Positions 22,981-37,100 of a stretch of 64,000 nt of DNA are shown one piece after another; the stretch's first letter is position 1, and the number at the start of each line of letters is the position of its first letter. Under the pieces are notes generated by a model. The model worked only from the letters and a program-made list of their open reading frames with translations. It was not told the origin of the DNA and made no database searches. The DNA comes from Phyllobates terribilis (lineage: Eukaryota), in contig NW_027362769.1 of assembly GCF_046119375.1 (NCBI RefSeq), positions 259,656,001-259,720,000 of the forward strand, given 5' to 3'. The translations under genes were made by a program, and so were the position numbers.

Positions 22981-25900
22981 TAATGATGAGCGAGTGTGCT
23001 CGCAACTGCTCGGTACTCGCCCAAGCATCTCACTGTTCGAGATGCACTGACTGTAATGCCGTAGCCATGTTGGTTGTGGCATTACAATGATTGGCTGGCC
23101 GCATAGAGTCATCACGTCTATATCAGACCCAGTGACCCTGTGCTTGTCACAGTCTACCCTTCAGACAGGCAGAGTATGGAGAGCTGCTGCTGAGATAGGG
23201 AGAGAATTGACGGTTTATTAATGAGGTATTAGGTATTCCACAGTAAGATATATATCCATCTGAACTAAGAGTCCTTCTAAGAACTAATACAGCTGCATAT
23301 ATTATTAATCCTGGTGATAGCAGGAGTTAGGCAGGCAAAGTTTGTGGAGATTGTATGAGCAGAATAGGATTCATTGTACATTCTGTCTGCTCTGCTGCTG
23401 TTACAGATATTCATAGCCCTAGATATCAGGGCTAATTTTTTTTTTGCTCTTAATCCTGATTATTTGCTTAAAAAGTCATACAGTACATTATTTTACTGCT
23501 CCATTTGCTTGTTAGCAGAATACAGCCAGATTGTTTTGATTTTATTCACATTTCTGTATTGTGGAAGCAGTCCATCATCAGCCGTGATCCCATATTACTG
23601 TGGTAATAATCGTGACATTTTTTGGAGCGTGCCAAATATTACACTCCAGTTAAAGTCTGCCAGTTGTGTGCTGTTCAACCTATTCACACTTAGTTGCTGA
23701 CCAATACCACTGCCTAAAACCATGGTTATCAGACGGGATCAGATATTACTGTGCTAATAATCCAGAATGTTTTGTAAGTATGCCAGATATTATACTCCAT
23801 TTAAAGTCTGCCACTTGTGTATTGTTCAAAAATATTCACACTTGGTCGCTGTCCATTGCCAATGCCATACTACAAGGCTACAGCCTGAAACCGTGGTCAT
23901 CAGACAAGACCAGATATTACTATGCTAATAATCCAGAATTTTTTCAGAGCGTGCCAAATATTACACTCCATTTAAAGTCTGCCAGTTGTGTGTTGTTCAA
24001 CCTATTCACACTTGGTTGCTGACCAATACCATATCTATAAGGCCACTGCCTAAAACTGTGGTCCCAATATCACTGTGGTAATAATCGCCACATCTTTTGG
24101 AGCGTGCCAAAAATTACACTCCAGTTAAATTGGGCAAGGCGCGTGACAAGGGACGGGGAAGTGAACATGATGCTGATGGGGCACACAGAGGCCATGGGCA
24201 AGATGAAACTGAGGAAGCACAACAAACACCCACATCATGTCGAACTACTTTCCTGACCCAATTTCTAGGGGGCCACGGAAAACCACTTTTAAAGCCACAG
24301 CAGTGTGAAAAGGTTGTTGGTTGGATAGCAGATAATGCTTCCAGTCAGTTTGCCACCACCACCCTGTTTTCCACACTGTCCAGCCTAAGTAGTCTTGAGT
24401 CTGGACCACATATTCCTCCCCTTCATCCTCCTTATTCCCACCATGCTGAGTGCCCAGAGACAAGTGATCCCACACTTGGACACTCCGAAGAGCTGTTCAC
24501 TTTTCCATTTATAGATTCAGGCCTCTCGCCTGGCCTGCTTCAAGCAGAGCAAGAGGAGAGTGCATGTAGCGATGCCCACATATTTGAGCAGCCACGATCA
24601 CACGAAGGCGATAGTGGGAAACTGCAATTACTGTTGCAAGAGGTGGATGATGATGATGATGATGATGAGCACAATTACCAGCAAGTCAGGAGGAGGCCTA
24701 GTGTGTGTACTTGGAAGACGAGGTGGTGGACAATGGAGTCAGTGACCCAACCTGGCAAGGTGACATGCATAGCGAGGACAGCAGCACAGAGGGGGAGGGA
24801 GGTGTAGCACCACAACAGGCAGGGACAAGCAGTGTGGTGGCCACAAACACAAGGCGGGCAATTGCTCCCCGGAACACCAACATGAGGGAAGTTGCCAGTC
24901 CAACTGTTAGGTCTTCCAGAATCTGTCTCTTTTTTAAAGACTTTCCAGATAACCCCAAAATGGCCATTTGCAACATCTGCTATGCCAGCATCAGCAGGGC
25001 AGCAAAACTACCAGCCTGACCACCACCAGCATGCTCAGGCACATGACAGCAAAGCATTCGACTAGTTGAGCCGAATGCCAGGGTCCAAAAACAGAGTCTG
25101 CGGGTGATACCACTGCTTGTTCTGCTGTTGTGCATGCACACCAATACCCTGTCCATGGTGCAGGTGAAGATGCATCCCGCCCTGCACCTGTCATTGCACA
25201 TTCACAACCACCACCATCAGCAACTACGTCCGTGTCCCAGCGTAATGTTCAGCTGTCCCTACCCCAGTCCCTTGAATGCAAGTACCCGCCATACATAAGC
25301 ACGTGTCCCAGAACATTACCCCTGCCCTCAACAACATAGTTACTGGGAAGGTCCACCTAACCAGGGAAATGTGACAAGTGCTTGTGGCCAGGGATGGTAC
25401 ACAGGCCCGGCGTGAGCACCCGGCGCACCCGGCCAAGTGCCAGGGCTCTGGGCCCACTCACCATCGGGTACCCCGGTGCACTATGGGCTATGGGTGAGCG
25501 GTGCAGTGCTGGTGCCAGCGCCCACCACCACTTCTCGCTTGCTCAGGGTCCCGGCAGCCGGCGGCACAATAGTTACCCCTCCTTGTTCCTCCGCAGCAGC
25601 TCCCGTCTCTTCCGTGGCTGCTGCACTGTGATGTCTCAGCTCAGAGGACGTGGTGGCGTCTTTGCACCATGCTCTCTCCTGAGCAGTCACAGGGCAGAGC
25701 AGGAATACGCCGGTGACGCTGAGGAGTCCGGAGCAGCGGCAGTAGGTGAGAAGTGAGGTATTTGTTTTTTTTTTCCTTTTATATGTATGAAGGCATGGGG
25801 CATTATATGGGGGGGGGAGAGGTGACATCCTGCATGGGGCATTATATTGGGGGGAGACATCCTGCATGGGTCATTATATGGGGGGGTGACATCCTGCATG

Positions 25901-26823
25901 GGGAATTATATGGGGGGGGAGAGGTGACATCCTGCATGGGGCATTATATGGGGGGGAAGTGATATTTTGCATGGGACCTTATATGGGGGGGGAGTGACAT
26001 CCTGCATGGGGCATTATATGGGGGGAAGTGATATCCTGCATTGGGCATTATGTGGGGGCAAAGTCTGCAAGAGGTGTTATGTGGGGGCCAGTATCCTCTA
26101 TGGAGCATTATAAGGGGGCCAGTATTCTTTATGGAACATTATATGGGGGCCAGTATCCTGTATGAAGCATTATATGGGGACCAGTATCCTGCATGGAGCG
26201 TTATATGGGGACCAGTATCCTGTGTGGAGCGTTATATGGGGACCAGTATTCTGCATGGAGCATTATATAGGGTCATTATTTAGTATGGAGCAATATATGG
26301 GGCCCATAATACTGTATGGAGGACTATGTGAGGCCATTATACTTTATGGAGGATTATTTGGGGCCATTATACTGTATGAAGGACTATGTGGGGCCATTAT
26401 ACTGTATGGAGGACAATACTGTTCGGACTACACTGTGCACTGCGAGGATTCGCTTGTGTCTGAGCTTTTGTAGAATTTAAAATAGATATCGCTCATATAA
26501 TGTAAGAAGTGAAATCTTTGGCATTGTACTATATATATATATTTCTCTGCGGTATCTGGGCATCATAAATCGTAGTATGTGTTAAAGAGGCCACTGAGAC
26601 GCTTTCACCCAGGGCCCACAAAAAACCTGGAGCGGGCCCTGACTGTACATCTCGCTGAAGGCATACTGGGTTAATATAGTGGAAGCCGGGACCAAGTCGG
26701 ACCCTGGGACGGAACACGTCCTCCCGACACCGAGGATTGCGGGCCCTGGGTCAATCAGGGTTTCCCCCACATTCTACACCTCCTCCTCTTCAGCCTCCAC
26801 CTCCGAAATTACCACATCAGTAG
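22981..26823 (+). mobile_element. Second, decayed hAT with transposase remnants and an internal about 180-bp repeat (23570-24090)
   Basis: Left end TAATGATGAGCG. BED finger remnant MAICNICYASISR near 24960. GKVHL...GQGWY|ISLKAYWVNIVEAG reads across the MITE at 25402-26641. Confidence 0.75.
25402..26641. mobile_element. hAT-type MITE carrying a G-rich about 30-bp minisatellite (25790-26420)
   Basis: Ends CAGGCCCGG and CGGGCCCTG, TSD-like ATGGTACA/ACTGTACA, and it interrupts a continuous transposase frame. Confidence 0.7.
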
Positions 26824-27513
26824 TAGTGATGAGCGAATATCTTCGAGATCCGATCTCCAAACTTAAGTTCGACACGAATGTGGCACATTCGAGTTTGTGA
26901 TCGGAAAGGCGAGCAAAATTTGTTAAATTCGGTAAAATAAGTAAAGTTCGGCGAATTTCCATAGTAATGTGATTGCGGGACAACTACAGCGTTTTTTACA
27001 GTTTTGCTAGCATAGTGCTTGTGTATGATGAGTGGGGAGACGTGGCAGATGAGTGGGGGAGCTGGGGATAGCTCAGAACAGGTCAGATCAGCGGCGCTTT
27101 TTTTTCTTTTCTGTAGGCGGTAATTTTAAGTCAGGAAAGCGCAGCTAGCCAATCAGAGCGCAGGAAGCATCCACAGTGTCCCAAACAGAAGGGCTTCTGC
27201 AATTGGCTGCTGAAATCACATGTCCTCTCCATATAAAAAACGACCATGTTTCCTCAGCGCCATATTATGCATGTCACTGAAGGAGATAGATGCTGCTGAG
27301 TGTGCTCTGTCCTGTGTAATGAGAGATATTAGCTAGATAGATGGGCGCTTCTGTGGAAGTCAGATAGTGTAGATAAGTCCTGTGCTGTGCATTGGTTGTA
27401 CGGTCTGTGCTCCATGCAGATCTTCAATCTATTTTTGCACTTGCTAATGTGATAAAGCAAGCAAGCAAACCATTCTAAACAGTGCTGTTCATGCAGTCAG
27501 CGTAGGGTAACTA
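26824..27513 (+). mobile_element. Left end of a third hAT
   Basis: TAGTGATGAGCGAATAT terminus followed by TTCG subterminal repeats. The right end was not found. Confidence 0.6.
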
Positions 27514-27559
27514 CATTACATTTAGTTACATTTTCCAGTTGGCTTTATATTATAAATCA

Positions 27560-30500
27560 CTAGCTTTTACCCGCGGCTTCGCTCGCGTGGAAGTTTCGTG
27601 ACAGATCATTTTAATGGTAAAAAAAAATAATCGTAATAGTAAAAAAAAATAATCTTAATAGTAAAAAAAAATAATCTTATTTAGTTACTCGTACATCCAA
27701 AATTTCAGATGTCTAACTTCAAAACTGACGGATTCCATACAATCTTTGAACCCCTATAATATTAAGAGGGAAACTCTTGAGGGTGGAATTATCAAAATTC
27801 CTTTCTTAGTGCTCATTTAAGCTATAATAGAACTTATCTGCAAATTTCAAGATGCTAAGTTCAGTGGTTTCGGCTGTGCGTTGACCGCTAGGTGTGTCAG
27901 TTAATCAGGTTTACAGTTTTATATATTCTTCGCCTGTATGGTGTGTTTATAAAAAGTAGCCCTATGTCCTTCCCCAGGCTTGAAATTATCCATATCAAAT
28001 TTCATCACAAACGGATTACTAAACACTGATTAATAAACAGGACGGACTGAAGTTACTTGCGTTTAATATTGTTCGTGTTAGTAAAGAATTAGTATGTAAT
28101 TGAAATAATGGACATCCGCAGGTAATTTATCTATGTGTTTTTACTGCAATATACTCCTGTAAACTATGTTATTTGATTTCTTTCGTTCAGCGAAAATATG
28201 TAGATTTTGCGATTTAGAAACACGTGAGCAAGCTACGTATAGCTGACCGTGGGAAAAACAGGGCGTGCCTAAATGTATCCCCGCTACCTTCAAAGTTTGC
28301 CCTTGCGATTTATTGATGGTCATTGAAAATGCAACTTTAAGTGGGAACTGCAAACGTTTGAAATTAAAGGGTAAGTTATTGGGTAATATTGGTATAAGAA
28401 TATTTTCACCCTTAGCTTCTCCAGTTAAAATTGTGGCCTTTACAATGTGCCTGCCTAGTTCAGTGACTCGCAGTCTAGTGCCATTACATAATCTTGGGGC
28501 GTCCAAGTTGCGCATTAACAAAACGGGTATACCGACCTTTAATTCGAGCTTATGAGATGGGACCCCGGATAGCTCCAAAGAGTTAAGAAACTCCACGGGG
28601 TAGCTCGTACAGTCTTCAGATGACATGACTGTGTCGATAGAGTTGTAGGTTGTTGCATCGCTGGTTACTTGGTCCAAGATAATTTTATTGATTTTCGCAA
28701 CTGTTTCATTTCTTGGTGCTAGTATAGTTCTTTCACATAGCCAATTTTCTTCGTGGATGTTTTGTTGCAAATTTGGAAAAACTTGAGTAATAAGTGCGTC
28801 TTCCGAATCCACAACATGACAAAATTGGTTAGTGAATAGAACCATACCTTCTTCGTCAGTTTCGATTCGACCTTCACCGATCTCGAGCAGTTTCTCAACG
28901 TACGCGCCCGACTCTAGATCACAGAATAACTGGACACGCATGTTGGTGGTGAGGTGCAGCTTTTCAACTTTGGTCCATAAATATGAGTATTTCAGAGATG
29001 CATTAATTTCGTCTGCTGCAGTGCCTCGCTCGATGACAGGCAAAGTTTGCCTAAAGTCCCCAGCCAATAAAACAACCACACCACCCATTATTGTTTGTTT
29101 ACTGTGTAAGTCTTGTAGACAACGATCAAGAGCTTCGATGGCGCATTTGTGTGACATTGTGCACTCGTCCCACACGATTAGTTTGCACTGTTGCAACAGG
29201 AGGCCACGGGCGCTGCTCTTGCTGATATTACACAATGGGGTTTCTTCGTTTACCAGATTAAGAGGTAATTTAAAGACTGAATGTGCCGTCCGTCCACCGC
29301 TTAGCAATCTTGCAGCAATTCCAGAGGAAGCCACAGCTAATGCAACGTTATGACCGCTACGAATTTTTGCTAAAAGTAAATTAAGCAAGAAAGTTTTTCC
29401 TGTACCACCCGGGGCATCAAGGAAAAAAAGTCCGCCTTCACCATTCTCAACTCGTCCTACTATTTTGTGATAAATCTCTCTTTGATCAGGTAGCAAACGT
29501 GGCTCAGTTTCGCAAACGTGAGCGTCTAACTGGGTGGTATCATAGCTTAGCTCTTTTATCAACTCGTTCGACAGCTCTCCTCTACGCCGCTGTGAGGGTA
29601 GACCAAAATCGGACAATTTCTTTCCAGAAATTATTAATATTTTGTCCTCGATAAGCCCCAACGCCTCATTGAAACAGAGATCATCGTTAACGTGATCCAT
29701 TCTTTCAAATCTGTGCATGATATCCTCTGATAACGCAGTTTTATACTTGTGCCAGAGTTGTAGAGGATTGGATAAACCGCAAGTGCATATCAATATGGCA
29801 AACAGCTCTCTTATTTGCGCCGGGGAGCGACATAGCACGGCCTCTTCTAAGGTGGTATCCCAGTGGTTATCATCTTCCAACAACCCCATCTTCTCACACA
29901 CCTGCCGAAAAGTTGCAAGTTCTTGACCTTCAAATGTTTTTAAATCCGAGAAGTTGGTTGGACCCCTTATTACATTCAGCAGCATACGCAAGCAATAACA
30001 TTCAAAATTGATAACGTGCACCGTGTAAATGCGACCTAGAGCGTCTCCTGCCTTCACACCTGGCCAGCCATCGACAGGTGTTCCTTGTAAATGACGTTTC
30101 CATTGCTTCCGTGCCACATTCCAAGTATAGTAGCGAGGCACGTCAATGTAAAGTAATGTTTTTGCAAACGTATCACTTTGGCACAACAGGAAAAATGCAG
30201 TTAGTGTAGTTTTAGGTGGTGCTTCTAATCTCTCTCTAAAATTATTTTCCGTAAAGTAAACCCTCTCGCCATTGGGTAAATGAATCGCGAGATGAGTGAC
30301 GGTTGGGTGTCTCTCGTGCAGAGGCAGACCTAAGATCCGCCACGCTGCTTCGTTACTACTAACATATCGGCCAGTTCTAAAGGTCTGCACCTCATCTCTT
30401 GGATCAATGTTAACATTCCCTTGCTGGCGGATGTTAAAAATAGCCTGGTCGCTACCCTTATTAATATATTTTCAAATATATTTTATCGCCTGTACCGTAT

Positions 30501-33500
30501 TACAGAACTCTACATTTAAATGAGAATTAAAATTTTTTGATAAGAGTGGAGAATATGGGACCACCCAGCTATTGTCCACCAATATTTCCTGTGTTCCTCT
30601 ACGGGTTTTTATAATCGTCGTGCGTCCACCATTCTCTGGTGCTCTGCGCCTGTACAAAGGATAACCTTTGTCATTGGTTTGAGTATCTTTTAAAAGCTTC
30701 CTCGGATATTTTTTGGTACATTTTCCTCCTTCATGCATGGCGATGAAGAATTGAATGTACCACATGGCCCGTGAATCATATTCTTTGTCACTGTATCATA
30801 GAGCTTTTGATCGGTTTCTGGGTTTGGTATCTCAGCACATATGATTTCGTCAATTTGGTTCCGATGCAATTTTTCCTTTAACCACAGCAGTAAGTGCACA
30901 TGAGGCAAACCTCGCTTTTGCCACTCGATCGAGTACATGAAGCATTGCATATCACCAAATATGTTACCTTTTGTAAGTAGAGCTACCAACTTCTGTACTT
31001 TTATTCTAAATACTCGGGCTGTTAAGTCATGTCTGTCCGTTGAATTTTGACCAGCCATAAGCTCTTTGGTGATTTCTGGCCAAGCGGGGTTGCAAGTCAT
31101 TGTAATAAATAAATCAGGCCTCCCATAATTACGTACGTATGTGAACGCATCTTGTCTGTATTCGTGTAGGTATCTGGGGCTATTTACAAATGATGACGGG
31201 AGAATCACCATCTGACCTAAGTTATTTGGATCCAAATCCGCATCATTTCTTATTGCATCTTGCAAGTGAATATAATTTTCTGCGCGCAGTTTTTTTTTAT
31301 TTAAAGAAATGAACCTTAAGCGCTCACTTTCCATCTTTACATACATGTCGACCAGAAACTGATGAAGTAGGAGCCTACACTTAAGCATCAAATTAAAATC
31401 GCAGCGACGGAGCATCAAGTGAAAGGCATAAAAATCTTTGCAGGACACCTTTTTGCTTGGCATTGCTTGTTTGGTAATTGAATTTATCTGAGGAATATCA
31501 ATGCTGTACCCCTCTTGTCCTTTCCAAAAAATTATTGGGTACTCGAGAGCGTCATAGAATCTATGTGTATCGGGAACCCTAGTGAGCATGCCATCGCACG
31601 GCTGCACAACGATGTCCCGAGACATAGTTTGTTTGCTACTAACTATTACAGCAGCTATTTCATTTGTAGTAGAGGCATTGAATCGTCTCTCATGTTGACC
31701 ACGTGGTACACGGTCTGGGTGAATCACTACTTTGAAATGATCGTCATTGATCATTCTGTCTCTAGCCAATTTAAATTCATGCACCAAAATGTTGTGGTCG
31801 TGAAGTACTCGTTGTAATTTTTTAACTATGTTTCTATCTACGCTTTGCAAGCACTCAGTACGCCTGTTAATTTGTTCTTCTTCGTCACCTATGAAATAAA
31901 CTTGTAAAAATTGTGGTTGCGAAATGGACGTAGGAATTAAAGAACCGATACGGTGGTATACTTGTCCTTGAATTGTAAAGGTCGGGCAAAACCCTGGCAT
32001 TGAGACAATTTGATCTGCTCCAAAAGACGTCATATGAAAGCACATGTTGTATTTTCTTATATTATTTAGAAAAAGGCGAGATTCATCAGTTTCATTAGAG
32101 AAAAGCTCTTTTAAAGGTTGAACTGGCTCGTCTATATAAGGAAGAGCTACTTTCCCGCTCAAACAACACATACCTGCTGCTTCCTCTTTCCACTTAAGAG
32201 CTCCGCAATATTTGCAATCTATGGTCATTGCTTCTATTTTTATAAGCTTGTGAGTTTCATAACCAAGAGTCTCATCATACTCAAATGCAGCTTTATTAAA
32301 CAATATCCATGTATTTCTTGTAAATGTTTGACGTCGCTGTGCAGCCCTTTCAGCAACAGTGCGTCTGCGAGATTCGGCCATTTCATAAGTTTCAGTGGCT
32401 CTTTGGGACGCCATGTAAGTCGCTTGCTGCTGACGTCGAGCTTGGGACTGTTCTTGAGTTTCAGCAGCCCGTTGAGACGCCAGATACTCCGCATGCTGTT
32501 CACGTCGGGCTTGGGACTGTTCTTGAGTTTCAGCAGCCCGTTGAGATGCCAAAAACTCCGCATTCCGTTCACGTCAGGCTTGGGATTGTTCTGGAGTCTC
32601 TGCAGCTCTATGTGCCGCACAACGCACCGCCTGCTCAAGCCTTCGTTGCTTGGCTTGTTGAGACGTCTCATCACGTCTAATTATTTTCATAGCTCGGGCT
32701 TTATTAGAGCTTTGCGAAATGTTAGACTTACGCTTTCGTGGCATTTTTATAAGTACTAATTACAAAATAGGTACTTAGTAAAGTTCAAACAAAATACTAA
32801 AACAATCTAATTAGTTATATTACGATCGCTGTACAGACGATATCAGTTGTATATGACTGGTCTATGAGGAGCAGGTGTGGCGCGGTTACCCATAGCAACC
32901 ATTCCCAGTGCTCTGTGGGAGCGGAGAGCAGCCTGCTGGTGCTGTGGGTGACATGCTGCGCTGCACACACACAGGGCTGTGTTGCACACAGGAGGGGAGG
33001 ACGCCATTTGTGTAGCGCTGCTGCCGGTGCTGTCAGGCTGCAGTGTGTGCATCCTCCATGGAGAAGCGCTCAGGTTACTGTCCCTCCCCGTGTGTGAGTC
33101 ACTTCCCCTCCACCCAGGTGAGGCGCTCGGAACTTTCCCGGCTGCAGCAGCTGGCGCAGGTGAGCGCATGTTTTATTATACGGTGTTATGTGGAGGGACA
33201 ATGGCAGCGGGGACCCCCTGTGTGAGTACAATGACGGCCCGGTGCCCCTGGGCAACCTGCAGGAGGAAGCCTCACACTCCCCCCGGGCTGTGGGCGCGGG
33301 CAGGCCGTGCTGGGACGTGTAGTTCCCTAGTAACCTGTTCCTGACATATGAGCTGTTTTCTGGGCTATTTTTTTTTATTTTTTTTTTTTAAGTCTGAGAA
33401 AATGTCATAAATTATCCTTCTCCCTTCAGATGTTTCCAGAGTGTAATGTATCAGGGTGAGCTCATGACTGACAGCTGCCAAAGTTTCTAGGAAATGTCAG

Positions 33501-34158
33501 CCCCTGGGGGTCGTGTGTGAACCCCCTGTGCCACACTTGTACCTGGCCACGGTATATGATCACCCCTGTATTCCGACTGTGGACAGGCGGCAACTGTGAC
33601 CTCACTATACAATGATCCACTATGGGCAAATGATTGTATTATCAATCTCTTCTGACTGCTGTAAATCAGCCATTTAAATATCACCTGTGTATTTGTGTAT
33701 ATAAGAGTTTGATAAATATACTAAAAAGTTTGATAAATATACTAAAATGTGCATTGTAAAATTGTAAAATAGTATCTAATTTAATTAAATTTATGGTTCA
33801 CAATTTAGGTCATAGTGGCTTCCACATAAAAAGTAGATATATGCTGTCGCGGACTTTTATTTAGAACTATTCAAGACAAACAATTCTACGGTACATCATC
33901 TTTGTGTAACTCCAACGGTTTAGGCAGCGTATGCCAAGATAGCTCTCAGAGGCAAGATTTTTTTCCGACTTAATTGACATGTATCGTTATATTACGACCA
34001 AAATTACATAAAATCATTACAAATTGTAGGCTATATGTTATTCCGATGTATAATCTATATTACTGTAAAGTTTCATGCAAATCCGTCCAGTAGTTTTTTC
34101 GTGAAAAAGTAACAAACATACATACTCACAAACTTTCGCATTTATAATATTAGTAGGA
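27560..34158 (-). mobile_element. Autonomous-type Helitron, 6.6 kb, complete ends
   Basis: 5' end A|TCCTACTAATATTATAAATGCGAAAG at 34158. 3' hairpin CCACGCG...CGCGGG followed by CTAG|T at 27560. Inserted in an AT dinucleotide. Confidence 0.95.
28141..32744 (-). pseudogene. Helitron Rep-PIF1 helicase, about 1530 codons, intronless, with 2 stops (32574-32576, 30472-30474) and 1 frameshift (about 30725)
   Basis: Rep motifs PDLFITMTCNP, EWQKRGLPHVH and YPLYRRR. Helicase motifs GGTGKT, WDEC, GDFRQ, NGTRL, TINKSQG and GQLYVACSR. Confidence 0.95.
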
Positions 34159-37100
34159 TTTGACATTTCATCACCACTACACATTTATTTATATTTTCCT
34201 TTTAAGATATACATTTTACACCAATATTGTTATTAGTGTCAAACAGCCATGTTGCTCAAACAAAAGACATTCCAAAAATAATCATAATTTAGACATAATA
34301 GCAGGAATCCATATCTATCATCACACTAAAAGGGGATCCAGAATCTTTTTTATTTTTATTTTTTTTAATTTTACTCTCATTCAATTCATGATTTCAATTA
34401 CAACGACTATTACTACAAAACCAGCCAGGCTAAATTATTAATCAACCCTGATACTACAGAAAGGATGAAAACTTAAAACCCTCATTAAAGCCGTTCGGGC
34501 AGCGAGATTTCAGCCTGTATATCCAGCGACACTCTTCTTGCAGGAGTGCTTTATCCAAATTCCCTTTTCTTGGTCCCAGGGTGATAAGCCTAATCCCCCA
34601 TACAATGAAATTTAGGGGTTCATGCCTATGAGTGTTCCTCATGTGCACCGACAAAGGAGTATCTACTTCCGTATTTTTTGAGCTAATATGATTTGAAATT
34701 CTTCTCCGCAACTCCTGTATTGTTTTACCAATGTACAATTTCGGGCATGGGCACCTTATAGCATATACTACCCCTCTAGTTCTACAGTTAATATCATCCA
34801 TGATGAAAAACTTCTTGTTATCAACTGAATTAATAAACTCCATCATTTTCCGAAGTAACTTACAGAAGGAACAGGGACCACATGTTTGTGACCCTCTTGT
34901 TCTTCTGTCTGAGCTAGACCGGCTATTAGGTGGGGTAAAAATGCTCAGATATTCACGTAATTTTTCCCCCTTCGATATGTTACTCTGGGGTTAACTCCAA
35001 TGACATCCCTCAAATCAGGGTAGGCTCTCAAAATTGACCAATATTTACGTAGAGTATTATACATACCATGTGCTCATTCATCATATGTCCCTATAAATCT
35101 AATTAAGGGATCACATGGTTTATCACCCGATTTGTCCAATAGCGCATCTCTCTCAGACAATTTTGCCCTGTTGAAGGCCTTATGCAAAATTTTCTTTGAA
35201 TAGCCCCTTGCAGTAAACCTTTGAAATAGATTTCTACTTTTTACTACCAAATAAGGCATCATTTGAACAATTACGCCTTGCCCGCAGATACTGTCCGACC
35301 AGTATTCCAGCCATTAAGGATGGAGGGTGCCAGGTTTCCCAATGCAATAAATTGTTCGTGGAAGTCGGCTTCCTATAAATATCAGTATGGATGTTTCCCT
35401 CTCCATCAAAAGATATGGTTAGGTCCAAAAAGTTTGGCTTGTAACCAATTTCCTTTGTAAAATGCATACCAATTTTGTTATTGTTAAGGATAGATACAAA
35501 ATCAGAAAATAACCGTGCTTCACCATCCCATAAAATGAAAACGTCATTGATGTATCTACCCCAAAATAAAATGTGACTCGTCTAAAGGGATAAATCCTCA
35601 CATAAAACGTGCACATCTTCCCACTGCCCCAAAAATAAGTTAGATAAAGTGGGTACACATGAAGTATCCATCGCGGTACCCCTTATCTGATGATAGAAGG
35701 TACCGCTAAAGGTAAAATAATTGTACGTAAGGACAAAGCTTAATAGAGAATAAAGAAAATCAGTATGTGCCTTAAACTGCCTTCTCTTGGCCGAAGAAGA
35801 TGTTTGACAGCTGCAATGCCTAAACCATGATCAATGTTGCTATAGAATGCCTCTGTATCCAAGCTCGTGAGGATTGTAGTCTCAGAGACATTTAAGCCCC
35901 TCAGTTTCAAGACCATGTCCTTAGCATCTCGGATGAATGATGGTGAAGTATTTACAAATGGGGCCAATAACTCATCTAGGTACTGACTGGCACCCTCTGT
36001 CAAGGAATTATTCCGGGAAACAATAGGCCTCCCATGTATCGGAAAGATCTTTCTATGGACCTTGGGCAAGGCTTAAAAGGTTGCGATGGTGGGCTGGGGA
36101 TTAAAAATATACTTAAACTCATCTTCAGACAGTAGATTGTTTCTTCTAGCTTCCCTTAACAGGGTAGATAGTTCCTTCAAATAGAGCTCGGTGGGATCCG
36201 ACCTCAGAATGGTATATGTTTTTCTATCTCCCAATAGATCTTTCACCATTCTAGTGCAATCTAACACATCCATAAGGACAATGTTGCCCCCCTTATCGGA
36301 GGGCTTTATAGCTAACTCTTTAGTTCCTTTCTCTCTACTACTCACAGAAACCTTGCTGATCTCCTCCTCTACCATAGTGACAAAAGTGTTAATGTTGTGG
36401 TATTGGGAGAAATTTGTGGTGTTTTTACTCTTTTGTTTGAGTGAGGAGAAGGGTGGGGATATATCAGGTGGATCAACCTCCAACTCTTCCAGGACTTGTA
36501 TTGCCTCCATCTCTCGCCTATTAGTCTCCATCCCATCTCTGTTCTTAATAGCATGATATTTATGAAGTCTTAACTTCCAGGCGAACAGATTCAAATCTTT
36601 AGTCCAACTGAAGGGATCAAAACCCGGAGTTGGAGTGAAAGATAAACCCCTTTTGATAAGCAATACATGTGTCTCATTCAGTGTTTGGGAAGATAAATTA
36701 AAGATCTGTAGGTCCGTCCCCATCTTATAATCACCACCATCTACGACGGGTTCAGGTTCCCTAAAAAAGACGGTTGCCGAGTCAAACTGATACTTGGCAT
36801 TGGGGTATTTACTAAGCCACTGCCCACGAGTGATGATGTCGATGTTGGTATATGTATACTTGGGGATAATATTGGCGCTGTCAATTGGCCCATATTCATT
36901 GTGCCCACTGCTTGAGAGGCAGTCATATTGTCAAAAAGGGAAGGTATAGTCTGCTGTGTGGGTTCCGTTCTCACACCCACAGTAGCGGGTAATAAGGAGG
37001 ATAAATGCCCATCTACATGAATCTGTGTATTTCTTTTGGGACGTATATTGTCTCCCTGCATATTTGTCCATGATTTAAAGGGGAAATTTTTCTTTTGTCT

